This document shows, piece by piece, positions 1 to 11,879 of a stretch of 64,000 nt of DNA. The notes beneath the pieces were generated by a model. It ran no database searches. It was not told the origin of the DNA and worked only from the letters and a program-made list of their open reading frames with translations. Positions within the stretch are counted from its first letter, which is position 1. Each line of letters begins with the position of its first letter. Origin of the DNA: Hypanus sabinus (lineage: Eukaryota); assembly GCF_030144855.1 (NCBI RefSeq), contig NC_082731.1:28024001-28088000 (forward strand), in the 5' to 3' direction. The translations under genes and the position numbers were made by a program.

Positions 1-40
1 TTGTTCTTGATAGACCACATTTTTCTTTTTTGGAGGGAGG

Positions 41-909
41 TGTTACGTACCCGTGGGTATTTTGTACTTGTCATGTGACAGTGGTGTTGGAGCTATACTG
101 GACATAGATAGTGGTCTTGTGATGTTGGAGTGACATCATTTTCCCGCCAGTAGAGGTCATGTGACAGGTTTTTTTTTACAGGGTATAAAAGGAGGACCCC
201 TCCCTGTGAGGAGGGGCAGTTCATGGCTGGATTTGCCAGTTTGACCCCTTGCCACTGCGTGGTCCAATATTATGACGCAGTTTGGTTGAAAGATGGAGTT
301 TTATTTAATGATTGAAGTTTGAAAGGTCATTGCCAGCAGTTTCTTTATAATACTGCCGGTTAAAAATCAGTGGAGAGTGAAGATCGGAGTTCGGGACCTA
401 AAAGATCGAGGAAAGTTGATTTCGATGGTGAAACAGGTTTGACCTTGTTTGATCCTCATTCGGAAGGAATTTGTTGGCTGTCCCTTGTTAATCCCTGCAA
501 AATATAGCAGAAAGGATTGGGTACAGTTTTGTAAAGGAAAGGTCAGTGCCTTTAAGCCGTTTCATTTTCATCTTCGTAAATTCTCCGGGAAAAGTAGTTT
601 GGGAACCGCAGCAACACGACATGAAAGAGAATTTAAATCATCTAAAAAGTCTCTCCTTTAATGGACTGTAAGCATTTTGAACTTTTGCAGTACTACTTTG
701 AAGAACAGTTTTTGCCACATCGCTTTAAGAACTGTTTTCGCTTTATTCCTTTAAGAACTGTTCAAGCTGCCGCACAGCAGCTGATTTACGGTTACGTTAG
801 TGTTTTGTTTACTTTTGGAGGTTTGTTTTTCAGTGTTTAATAAATATTTTGCTTGTTATAAAAAAAACCCTGCCTCACTCATTTATTTATTGTTGCTGAA
901 TCTGTAACA
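41..909 (+). mobile_element. Solo LTR (LTR retrotransposon/ERV type, family unassigned)
   Basis: Starts TGTTAC (41) and ends GTAACA (909), a 6-bp terminal inverted repeat with TG...CA ends. TATAAAA at 184-190, AATAAA at 839-844. No internal coding region follows. No TSD seen (GAGG vs CTTC). Confidence 0.75.
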
Positions 910-929
910 CTTCCTTGCATTTTCCTTGA

Positions 930-2090
930 ATCAAGCAGTGTAGGGCTTGGTATCGTTCATTATCGTGATGTTTTACCTTTCTTACTTCTTCAGTTAACTT
1001 TCTCAACTCATCGGTGAACCAAGGGTTATGTCTTTTGCTCTTTTTTCCGAAAACTCAACGTATTTTCCGCAACATCTGTCACTGTTGTTTTAAACTCTTC
1101 CCAGATATTCTCCACAGCCATTTTGCTACCCTTGTCACCTAAGAATGAAAATCTATTCTCTGTTTCAACCAAATATTCAATTTTTTTTTGCTTTATCCTT
1201 AATGAATTAATCAAACTCTATCATTTTTGATGGTTTGGCTTTTCTCATCTTCTTCAAACACACACTCATGTCCAATACCACAGGGTTGTGATCTGTATAA
1301 CAGTCAGCACCAGGGTACGTTTTCACCTGCTTCACTCCATTCCTGAAATGATTGGGTACTTAAATATAGTCAGTTTGTTTTTTTACTGAACCATCAGGAC
1401 TGGTCCACGTGTACAGTCTCTGTTTTGGCAGACTGTACCAGGTGTTCACAATCATTAGTTCGTTAGTGTTTGCAAATTCAACCACTCTTTGTCCGTGGTC
1501 ATTTAATTCCCCAAGCCCGAAGTGTCCCACAGTCAAAACTTTTCTTCTGCTGCCAACTTTGGCATTAAAATCACCAAGAATCACAGATACTTCTTCGTTT
1601 TTAGTCTTTTTCATTAGCTTTTCAATTTCTCTGTAGACTATATCGAACTTCATCATCGTCATCGTCCGTGTTTGGCTTTCAGACCTGTATGACGTTAACG
1701 TCAAACGGTTTAGCTGAGATTTTAATCATCATCACTCTTTCACTAATGGAGACACTGCCTTTGATAGTCCTCGCTGTTTCCTTGTCTGCCATGATTCCAA
1801 CTCCGTGCTTACGTTCACTTCCTCCTGAACGGATCAGTTGGTCTCCGTCACCCCTTTTGAGCCAACCCCCCCCCCCCCCGTCCATCTCCTTTCACATCAT
1901 CCGAGTATGTTTATCTTCAGTCTTTTCATTTCCATAACCACATTTTCTAGTTTACCTCATATAAGAAGAGATCTAATATTCCATTTAGCTATCCTGACAT
2001 GCGGTTTTCACTTGATAACGACCCTGGTAGCCTCATTCCTACCATTGGCAGACACAACTCCACTGCTGTTATTCGTGGCTCCGTTAACAT
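930..2090 (-). mobile_element. RTE-clade LINE, 5' part (APE endonuclease), degenerate
   Basis: Minus-strand peptides HGVGIM...SERVMMIKI...NVIQV, ILGDFNAKVG...FGLGELNDHGQRVVEF...NTWYSLPKQRLYTWTSPDG...DYI and WEEFKTTVTDVAE match the RTE-type APE domain. Confidence 0.85.
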
Positions 2091-3079
2091 AATTCTTTTG
2101 AACCTTTATTGAGACTGACATATTGGAAAATCATGTACTTGACAGGTTACATCAGTAGTTTGCCTTTGCCTTTGCCTTCTGCTGGGAGAGTTTAAAGAGA
2201 TCACCACCTCTCTTCTTGGTATATCATCTGCCTGCGAAGCAGCCGTTGTCTTCCAAGCTCTTCCGCCTTTGCCACCAGTCCCCTGCTGTGTTTCTCAATA
2301 CCTTATTAACGTGATGTATAAAGAGGTGTATTAAATAGCCTGAATACCTTATTAAAGAGATGTATTTCTGACCCCCAGTGGTTGCAGGTTTTATCTGCAA
2401 GGAACCAAATGCTTTCCATGAAGTTGACTTCAATCCAGACACAAGAGACTGCAGATGCTGGAATCCTGAGCAACATACAGTCTGCTGGAGAAACACAGTG
2501 AGTTCAGTAGTACTGATGGCTGGAAGGAAACTGTTGAATCCCTGCATCAGGTCAGTTCAAATTAGCATCTGGGCTACCACAGGCAGAATGTAATCATCAC
2601 AAAAGCGAAATAAAACCTGCTCAGGTTACATTGCAGAGAAAAATACTCTTGAAACACCAGACAGACAATAGCCACGATGCATCAGTGGTTGAGGGAAAGA
2701 TGTGGAGTGTTGCTAGGCAGACCATATACATCACCAAGTGTGCATGCCAACGATTATTTTGACACAGCTGTAAAATAGCAAAAGCAGCAAAAATAAATTA
2801 CTAAAGATGTGTCCCATGAACAAAAGTTCAGATTAAATCCGCATTGAAGCTGCTGTCCAAAAGCATGGGGTTACTACTCGCTGACTTTGTCCAACTGTTT
2901 ATCATTGAGGTCTATCCATGGACACAAATGAGCCTCTGTAATCCTTAATGAAAAACGGGCTGATTCAGTCTGTTTCAGATTGGAAAGTGGGAGAACAGAC
3001 ACAGTGAGACAGACAGTGTGGTGTGAAGAACAGAAATCACAGACAAATTGTATGAAATAAAATGATGTGACTGGCAGCT

Positions 3080-3340
3080 GCAAAGAGGGAGGAGGAAGGA
3101 GAGAGAGTCAGACTGGGAATGGAGAGAAAGAGTGATGGGGAGAGGAAAGTATGGACAAGATGGAGAGAGAGAATGCATCATATTGTACCTGAAAGAGAGA
3201 CGACAAAGGAGAAGAGAGACTGAAAGAGAGAGAATAAAAACAGTGATCAAGAAAGAGATTGACCAAGACAATAATGGAGATGGAAATGAAAAGTGATAAG
3301 GAGAATGAGTGGGAAAGGGAATGATGTCTGATGGGAAAAG
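3080..3340 (+). repeat. GA-rich polypurine low-complexity tract
   Basis: Strong purine skew (gagagaga, aggag). It produces the low-complexity S/L/F-rich minus-strand ORFs. Confidence 0.7.
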
Positions 3341-3689
3341 ACACCAGAGAAAGCATGGATTGTACAGAATGCTATCACAGAGCCCAGCACTGCCTGCGAG
3401 GTACCAACTGGTGAATGAATCTCCTATCCTTTCCATGTCTGAACTTTCAATGTGACATATTCATCTGAAGATCTCTTGCAGTGAATCAGGACTTCCTGGC
3501 ATAGTGGAATCCTCCTGTGCACTGTTTCATCCACATTGTCCAGCAGTCCCTCCGTGCCCGACTATTACACTGAGACCCAGATTTCAGTTATGAGCAGCCA
3601 GACTGATGAAGTGTCAATAACTAGAGGTGTTCCTCTGACACGCAGTGGTTGCAGATTATCATTACAAGGTACCAAATTCTTTTCACACC

Positions 3690-4033
3690 ATGATCCTCTG
3701 GAGGATCGTCTGTATTTCCTGGGCAAGAAAGATCTCCAACTATGTCCTGCTCCTTCAGTGTCATCAGGGTGACATGTCCACAATGACCATGATGAAACAT
3801 TGGAGATGAATTTGGAATGTGATGAGGCAACTCCATCATCAAGACTTCACTGTATCCCTGAAGGACTGAGGAAACACAGGAGACCAAAGACAACTTGGCA
3901 CCATACCACAGAGACAGAAATGAGGACCCTGAACTACATCTGGGGCACTATAGAGAAGATGGCCAAGGACAGACAGAGATGGAAGGCCTTCATTTGTGCC
4001 CCAAACACAAGTGGCATAACGGGCAGTGAGTAA
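3690..4033 (+). mobile_element. RTE-clade LINE 3' end fragment
   Basis: C-terminal peptide IPEGLRKHRRPKTTW...MAKDRQRWKAF fits the RTE C-terminal pattern (W.P.G.R..GRP..TW ... A.DR..W). Confidence 0.7.
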
Positions 4034-4209
4034 ATGGAGCAGGAACCTGAACTACAATGGACCCAGAATGTAAACTGTCTTTCAAGCAGCACAGTGGCAT
4101 TTCCCAGAGTGCACCAATATCAAACACACAAAGGCCATTCCAACCACGGGCTCTTTGCGGAAGGAAGAGAGGAGGACAATCAGAATAAAGGGAAGTCAGA
4201 CACAGTGAA

Positions 4210-5635
4210 CATGAAGTACACTGCAGATGCTGTGGTCAAAGCAATATGTACAACATTCTGGAGGAACTCAGCAGGTCGGGCATCATTTGTGGAAACGAGC
4301 AGTCAACGTTTTGGCCGAGACCCTTCGTCAGAACTCCGTGGAAACGTTGACTGCCTGATCACACTGTCCTCCACTCTCTCCAACCAATCCCAAACTTACG
4401 ATGAAAGCCACAGACAAAGGCAGTGCTGTTGTAGTGTGCTGAACTGTCCTCTACCTTGCTGAGCCAGACACCTCCTCATACCTACCCTGTGAAGAGGACC
4501 CCACTCCAGACCATCAGAAAACAGTCTCCAACACCATCACTGACCTCATCAATTCTGGTGAATTCCTATCCACTGCCCCCAAACTCATAGTTCCATTACC
4601 CTACACTGCTTGCTTATACCTCCTTCCCAAGATCCACAAACATGACTGCACCTGTTCCAAGTTTGTGGCTTTCCTTCCCAGGAGATCAGAAGTGTGTCCT
4701 TCCTCCACCATTGATGCTGTCCTCACCGGCATCTCTTCCATTTCCTAAACATCTGAGCTCATCCCATCTTCCCACCGCCTTATCAGTGATAGAGTTTCTT
4801 TTGTCATTACCGACCACCCCACGAGCTTCCACATCCAACACATCATCCTCCACAACATTCACCATCTCCAAAGGGATACTTCACAAAACATATTTTACAT
4901 CCCCCCCCCCCACCCACTCCATTTTCCGCATGGATCTGCCTTGACATGATACCCCTGTCCATTTGTCCATCCCCACTAATCTCCCTCCTGGAATTTATCC
5001 CTGCAAGTGGCAAAGAGCTACACCTGCTCATTCACTTCCTCCCTCACCTCCATTCTGGGCCCTAAACAGTCATTCAAGGTGAGGCAACACTTCACTTGTA
5101 AATCTGAGGGTCATCTATTGTGTCCAGTGCTCCTGATGTGGCCTCCTCGATTTTGGAGAATGGTCATAAATTGGGTAACAGTTTAATTGAGCATCTCCAT
5201 TTCATTCACCAAGATGAGGTAACCCTCAAGGTGGAGGAGCAACACCTATATTCCATCTGGGTGGCCTCCAACCTGATGGCATGATATCCATTTCTCCTTC
5301 CAGTAAAGAGGAAATTATCCTCCCCTCCCCTCTTCCTCTATTCCTCATTCTGGCCTTTTACCTTTTCTCATCTGTCTATCACATCCCCTGTGTACCCCAT
5401 TCATTAATTTTCTCCAATGGTCCACTCTTCTCTCCTATCAGATTCCTTCTTTTCCAGCCCTTTACTTTTCCCACCCACTTGGCTTCACCTGTCACCTACC
5501 AGCTAGCTTCCTTCCCCTACCCCCACCTATTTATTCAGGCAACTTCCCCCCCCCCCCTTTCAATCCTGTAGAAGGGTCTCGGCCTGAAATGTTGTCTGTT
5601 TATTCATTTTCATAAATGCTGCCATTTCCCAACAA
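4210..5635 (+). mobile_element. Penelope-like element remnant with an inverted terminal-repeat fragment
   Basis: LPKIHK RT motif near 4625; degenerate GIY-YIG region (aggtgaggcaacacttcacttgt) near 5080; terminal-repeat sequence at 5570-5630 and an inverted related copy at 4210-4340. Homologous to 58790-59580. Confidence 0.75.
4301..4335 (-). ncRNA. Degenerate minimal hammerhead ribozyme motif (PLE-associated)
   Basis: Reverse complement reads agttCTGACGAaGGgtctcggCCaAAACGTTgact. The CUGAnGA core is intact but the GAAA box is mutated relative to the copy at 59451-59485. Confidence 0.5.
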
Positions 5636-5829
5636 TGATACATTTCATTTAGTTAGCGTCACACATGCACCAGATGAGAAGCAGCAAACTTAGTGGTGAC
5701 AAGGAGCCCTCAAACAGCGATCCAACGTCTTTGACACAGATATCACGTCTGATCAGTGGTTAACAGTGTCACATCTTTGTCAGAAAGCCAATTATTCTAA
5801 TTCCCCTGACAATTAGCTGACAGCTGATC

Positions 5830-6133
5830 ATTGGGAACCAATGCAGGAAAGGTTCAGACACCATAGATATGAAGATCACTACTTCTCCCAGAGTGTGCAT
5901 TACCTACCATACTTCATGTCGAAAGTTCTTTATTTCCATCTCTAAATATCTGTTTGGACCCAGAGATCTCAACCCATCTTCCCTTTTCCTTCCGTCCACC
6001 TGCCAGGTTACACTGAATCCCTGTAAATCACTGTGAACCACCTCACACAGAACGGTTGCTGTCCTCTATGTCCAATTCTCTTTGAAGGATGGTTTGCTTA
6101 AAGTGACTGAGGGGAGGATATCTGAAAAGTCAT
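5830..6133 (-). pseudogene. Ig heavy-chain constant-domain exon, IgNAR C3 / IgW CH4-like, disrupted
   Basis: Acceptor tttctcccAG, then phase-1 (D)DFSDILPSVTLSKPSFKENWT*RTATVLCEVVHSDLQGFSVTWQVDGRKREDG. This resembles nurse-shark IgNAR C3 as I recall it (ISVSLLKPPFEEIWTQQTATIVCEIVYSDLENIKVFWQVNG). In-frame TAG at 6068-6066. The 3' half is frameshifted, so the boundary near 5830 is uncertain. Confidence 0.8.
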
Positions 6134-6995
6134 CTGGGAGAAATGTTGCAATATTATTTCATTATATTGTCCATTCCCCAATGGACAAGTTTGTCACTGA
6201 CCAGCAACTGTTCATCTCTGGTCAATGATTTGCCAGTCCCATCAAATGAGATGAGACCAATCTACACTGGTGAAGAAAGGAATCTCCCCTATTGAGCAGA
6301 TAGGGTACACATCCTGAGGGAATGTAAATGAACAAGATTGGCCCTTAGATTGTTTTTGCAGTTTCATCATCAATTAAACTGTTTCCAGCAAATTATTAAA
6401 ACTGATTAAAACAAATACAGAAAATATCCAGCATTTCAGAGTGTGACTGCAGCGTGGAAAAGAGAGAAAATATTTCACATGAAAATATTCCAGCAAATAT
6501 GTTTCATATTTTAAAAATTAACATCACAAATATTTAGTTTTTGACACAAATATTTAAATGTACCATTTTCTCTGTTAACTGTAATAAAACTGCTGATTTA
6601 TGAGAATGTTGTGTGTTCAAACCACCCTCCAGAGGCTTCTACACATTGTCCAGGCTGACTGTTCCCACACAGGAGCAGAGGGAGAGCTGCTCTGCTGGAA
6701 ATTCAGTCACAACTGAGACACTAATCAAAGCTGGGGTTATGTTGAATGTTGGAGGGAGAGAGCATTTTGAAGACAAGTATCAGGGATCTTCCAGGTGATT
6801 ATCAAGTTAAGTACTCTGGATTATCCTCAAGCTAAGAAAGCATTTTCAGAGATACAATTATGTCTTTGGCCACCCTTCTGGATTATCAGTTCACTCACAC
6901 CAGGGCTGCACCATTATTCAATATTGACATTGCCTGACAGAGTTCATAGCGCAATGTAAACAATTTCAATAATGGGGTGAGTTCCAGGACCCTAC

Positions 6996-7315
6996 CTTGC
7001 ATGTTCTTCACTTGCTTCTTGATATGGGTGTCGGAGGGGGGGGGATGAATCACTGTACAGCTGAAGACTGATTCTGTCTTCCACTCCTGTAAACTCACGG
7101 TCAGGAAGTGTCTGGTACTGAACGTCCACCCCTGCTCCAGAGCGGTCGGTGTAGCGCTGATGTTGGAGGTGATCACAGTGCTGCCTGTCTCCCAGGTGAC
7201 ATTTATTTGGTCCGGGTAGAATCGAGAGATCACACACTCCAGTGTGGCTGTTTTCCTTTTCTTGGTCTCTTCCTGAGGTGGAGGCTGTCAGGGTTTTGAA
7301 TAAAGACAGACAGTT
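6996..7315 (-). pseudogene. Ig heavy-chain constant-domain exon, IgNAR C2 / IgW CH3-like, 5' frame disrupted
   Basis: QPPPQEETKKRKTATLECVISRFYPDQINVTW...PTALEQGWTFSTRHFLTVSLQEWKTESVFSCTVIHPP...VKNMQ has both C1-set cysteines, the FYP and W motifs, and PTALEQ..FSTR as in recalled IgNAR C2. Phase-1 donor G|GTAGG at 6996/6995. The best acceptor (ctcacccacAG, exon start 7315) gives 320 nt, not a multiple of 3, and the domain frame has a TGA just before QPPP. Confidence 0.88.
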
Positions 7316-9269
7316 CTGTGGGTGAGAAATGGAAACCCTCAGGATTTTACTGGAGATATTCTATTGGTTGTGTTAGGTCAAGACAGATCATCAGTACATG
7401 AGAGCTGCATTTAATGTAAACAGAATAACAGAACCACTCAGGACTGAATCACGTGTCTCATATTCCTGTAAGTTTTGATTGTGAAAAGAAAATCAGAACA
7501 AAGGATAGGTTTAGAATCCCTTTCTAATAACTGTACCAGTTGGTTCACTGTGAGATGGAGCTCTGTGAGACAGAGAAGCATGCAGATTTCTCAGCAGAGA
7601 CACATCTCAGTATATTCTTTGCTTGGAGACTCAGTGCCATTGATCAGTAACAATGAACACTGTGAATCATTGAGAATCCCTTTCTCCATCTGGGATGAGC
7701 CTGAGATTCACTCAGTTTAATAACTTCACATGCCAACATTCCAGTCTTACTGTGGTTGTGCCTCTCCTGATCTCTGCAACTTTTGCCACCAACACAAACT
7801 TCAGAAAACATTGTATTCTTTCAACTCTGCTCACTCATACACCTGCACTACTTCTGCTGGTGCCTGTGGTTTTAGCATTCCTGCTTACAAACACTGAAGC
7901 TTCTGTCCCTGTTGAAAGGAGCAGTCACAGTCAGAGTGGTTGTTAGGGACTGAAGATCTGGTTTTATGTGTTTCAGTCCCAAGCTAGCAGATGGTAAATT
8001 TGAATAATAAATGTTTTTGGGAATGAAAAAGAAACTGTGGAAGGATTTGTACTGTTATAAAACCCATGCAATTTGCTGTTGTTCCTCACGGGCAGAAATC
8101 AATCATCCATATCTGATCTGTGACTACAGACATGCAGCACAACAGCTGAACCTGCATTACCATCAGGAAGGATCCAGCAAGACCCTCAGTTCCAGAGCAA
8201 TCAGTGATTGATAGGAAATGATAAATGAACAAAATATCTCTGATCAGGTTTTAGGTCACCTGTCCTCTGGCCTTTGTCTTGGGAATGGTTGTTGCAAGAC
8301 CATTCATACATTTCAGTGATGCTGAACCTGAAAACACAGAAGCCGAGTCTGTGTTCAGTAGCTCACTGGCTGAGGTTGGAGTCACACTGGTTTATTGGTT
8401 GTGGATTGAGGAATTTCTGTCTCATCCTGGGGATCAGCTTCACTTCACAAAATTCAAATGAATTGCATAAAGAGCCAGTGGCCATGACTTGCTATCAGGA
8501 TCCAGTGACTTTTAATAAAGAACAGGCTATTATTCTATTATAGGTTTATTGAGAATGCCTGCATGAAAATGAATCTCAGGATTGTATACAGGTACCTTGG
8601 ACTCCTTGAACTATGGGTACAGCAGCTCTGTCACATCAGGGAGCTGCTCGTTGTTCAGAGTAGCCAGCCAGGGTGCCATATGAACAGACCAGTGGTCAGG
8701 AGAAGGAGAGTCTGGTCAGTGGGCTGGAGAAGGAGCAGGACAGCGGATCGGAGGAGCTGGATTGGGTTCAGTGGATCTGACCAAGATGCAGACTGTTCCG
8801 TTGTTTGCTACTCAAAGATACTAGGGTACAAAAGTAACATGAAGTGAAACCGTGAGTGACTGTCTTGGATGTTTCTCTTGCGATCATAAGAACATGTTAA
8901 ATATTGGTTGCTATAAACCTGTTTCCCTTGTTTGTTGGTGAGACAGACAGGGAAGTGGCAGTGTAGCCTCAGTTTTAGTGAGGAATAGTACTCGACTGTG
9001 GGCTTGCCTGCTGCTGCAGTCCAGGTGAGGGTGGTGTAACGTGTCATCTGTGCTCGGTTGAAGCTGGCCTCTCCTTTCAGTGCTGCCCTCTCATGTTCAA
9101 TCAGTGGAATGGCAGGTTGAAATCACCAATTTGCAGTAATTTTCACTCAGGGTCTTGAACTAAAAATCTGCTTTCTTGCATAACTCTTTTTGGCATCTCA
9201 TGAGTGGTGGAGGGAAAGAGGTCGAGTGTGTCAGTTTACGAAAATCAAGAGTGGCTTTAGACAAGGGTG

Positions 9270-10462
9270 TGTTTTTTCCACTGATTTGTTTTATGTGTAC
9301 AGTGAAACAATATTACAAAAAAAGAGACATCTTGAGAATCAAAGTTGGCAGTGAAAACATCAATAATTTCAGATATGTGGATGACACTGTGTTAATTGCA
9401 AGTACAGAGGAAGAACTACAAAACCTAATTGATATAGTTGTTGAAGAAAGTGCAAAACGGGTCTATCTATCAATTGCAAAAAAGACAGAATGTATGGTGA
9501 TATCCAAAAAGGAGAATCCTATCTGCAGGCTGAAAATAAATGAGGAAGACATATGAGGGGTGATTGATATCCTTGTGGCCTAAGGTAGAAGGAGTCAATG
9601 TTAGAAAAACTAGCAGATTTATTTTCCAACATAGTCCCCTCTTACATTCACACACTTAGTCCAGCAGTTGTGGAGCTTATGGATCTTGGACCTCCAGAAA
9701 GTGTCCACAGATGGGTGATGATAAGTTCGTGGCATAAGGTAGTAGGAGATTAGTAATACAGCTCTCGTTAAATGCATATACAGGTCAACTCTTTGAGTGA
9801 TTATGCAGAAAGTTTGAAGTTAATAACTCGTCTCCTTCTATCTTAGGCCACGAACATATCAATCACCCCTCATAAAACAAGTACAGAACTTTTGCTACTT
9901 AGGAGCTGGGTGACATCAGATGGCAGGTGTGACATGGACATCAAAAGTAGAATAGGGATGGCAAAAGGCTGCTTTACGAGAGTGAAGAGTATACTGACCA
10001 ACAATAAACTAGGCATGATAATTCGCCTCAGAGCACTGAAATGTTACGTTCATCCAGTTATGTTATATAGCTCAGAATGTTGGACAATATCTAGTAATAT
10101 GAGGAAACGAATTAGCAGAGATGTGGTTTTTGAGGAGGATGCAAAGAATATCATGGACAAACAAATATCTAACAAGGATGTCATGAAGACCGGAAGTGCA
10201 AAAAGAAAAATAACCTATGAGATCATGAAAAGACAACTTCAATGGACATGTGATTAGGAAAGAAGAGTTAGAATGCACGGTAATTATGGGAAAGATTGAA
10301 GGGAAGAAGGCAAGAGGAAGGCAAAGACAAATGATAATGGAGACAGCAGCCAGAGAACTGGAAATGAATACCAATGAATTGATCCACTTGACCCGAAACA
10401 GGAGTGTGGGCCATGGCCGTCAAAGCCAAAACTGAGCATGGCTCCCGATGATGATGATGACT
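9270..10462 (+). mobile_element. RTE-clade LINE, 5'-truncated 3' portion with (GAT)n tail
   Basis: NINNFRYVDDTVLIA (YxDD), LGSWVTSDGRCDMDIKSRIGMAK, VMLYSSECWT, MGKIEGKKARGRQR; tail gatgatgatgatga at 10447-10460. Confidence 0.88.
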
Positions 10463-11770
10463 GTCCATATAACATGCACCAAATGCACTTGGAAACAGAT
10501 GCCTGCTCCTGCATTGCCATTTCACCCAAGTCATAGACACCAATGATGATGTGAGCCCCATCCTGAGCCAACTAACAGTCTGGGTGTACAAGCCACATAT
10601 TACTGACAACAATCTGGAGTGTTAACATTATTTCTGTATCACTGACAGCCAAACGAATGTGAGAATTATACTCATGACATAGTATATAGTATTCACACTA
10701 CCTCCATAGCAAGAACATACAAAATGTACAGGTCACCTGTGATGATATCATCTCATTTATTAGTGATCCCTTTACAGACCAGGGTCAACGGACATGACTA
10801 ATGTGGAAAATGAAGCAGCTGGAATTGTTTTGTTTGGAAAGGATGAAGTGGGAAGGATAGCCATGAAGGTATTTATAATCACAGGGGCTCAAAATGGATG
10901 AAGAGAGAAATTGTTGTCATTGGTGAATGTAGAGGGTGTAGAATGAGTGGGCTTGACAAAAGGATCAGGGTGACATCAGGGAAGAAAGATATATGTAGTC
11001 AGAGGCTTGTGTCTAGAAATCACTGGTGTGCCTGGTAGAGGAAGCTGACACAATTGTGATATACAAAAGGAAAATGGAAAATTGAAAAGACAAACTGCAA
11101 AATAGTGGGAGCCAATACAGGGAGACATACCGGTTTGCTCTTAATTACAGCCAGCTCAGACTTAATAGGTGAATCAACTTTCTTCCACACTAGTGATTCT
11201 CTGTGATTAGGCCATCTCCCTAGATGCTATCATCTCCTATCATTCCAACATCCTGAATGTTCCTTGGCCCAAAGACAATGATTTATATCAGGTGTCAGGA
11301 ACTTGCTGGCTCCATCTTACAATCAGGCACAGGTCCATGAGACTTTCAATTATTCTAAAATACCCTTTGGAAGAGATATCCAGCTCATTTTCACAGCTAA
11401 TCCAACCGAAGTAGAAGAGGCTCTTCTTCCTGATGATCCTTCCATGATGTGCACATGTTCCTCAACTGACTTTCGCCTGAACCCCGCACGGGCTGGCAAC
11501 ATCACTATCCGACCTGCTTTATTTGAGACTGGAACAAGATTGGGTCAACTAGGCTTATGGGATTCTCACGTTCCAACTACTGAACTTCACTTCACGACTT
11601 CTTTGTCAACTGCAGTGAAGAATTATCAGAGTTGCTATGGGAAAAGTACAACGGGAAGAGCCTCGAGGATCATGTCTGGTGACACTGCCTGTCCTGTCAG
11701 CACCAACAACACTGTGAGTGAGAATCACACCAGTAACACGGTCTCTGGTGTCAGCTCCGACCGGTCTCAT

Positions 11771-11875
11771 CAACGGCCGGGAACGTGACCGTGTTCGAAA
11801 CCCAACGGCCGGGAACGTGACCGTGTTCGAAACCCAACGGCCGGGAACGTGACCGTGTTCGAAACCCAACGGCCG
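11771..11875 (+). repeat. Perfect 32-bp tandem repeat, 3 copies plus 9 nt
   Basis: Unit caacggccgggaacgtgaccgtgttcgaaacc starts at 11771, 11803 and 11835, with a partial copy at 11867. No spacers. Confidence 0.97.
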
Positions 11876-11879
11876 AAGC

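Noticed and set aside
2975-3436. 153-aa hydrophobic ORF as a membrane protein
   Set aside because: It is the translation of a CT-rich low-complexity strand.
5650-5790. Further C-domain or TM exon downstream of the C3-like exon
   Set aside because: Only scattered short resemblances in different frames; not supportable.
7390-7465. Ig transmembrane exon (EYETRDSVLSGSVILFTLNAALMY*)
   Set aside because: It lacks the conserved Ig TM residues, is out of phase with the acceptor, and lies upstream of the C exons.
7540-7670. RSS heptamers CACTGTG at about 7546 and 7658
   Set aside because: No nonamer at 12- or 22/23-bp spacing.
11771-11875. CRISPR array or tRNA cluster
   Set aside because: The units are directly adjacent with no spacers, the DNA is eukaryotic, and there is no A-box or cloverleaf.
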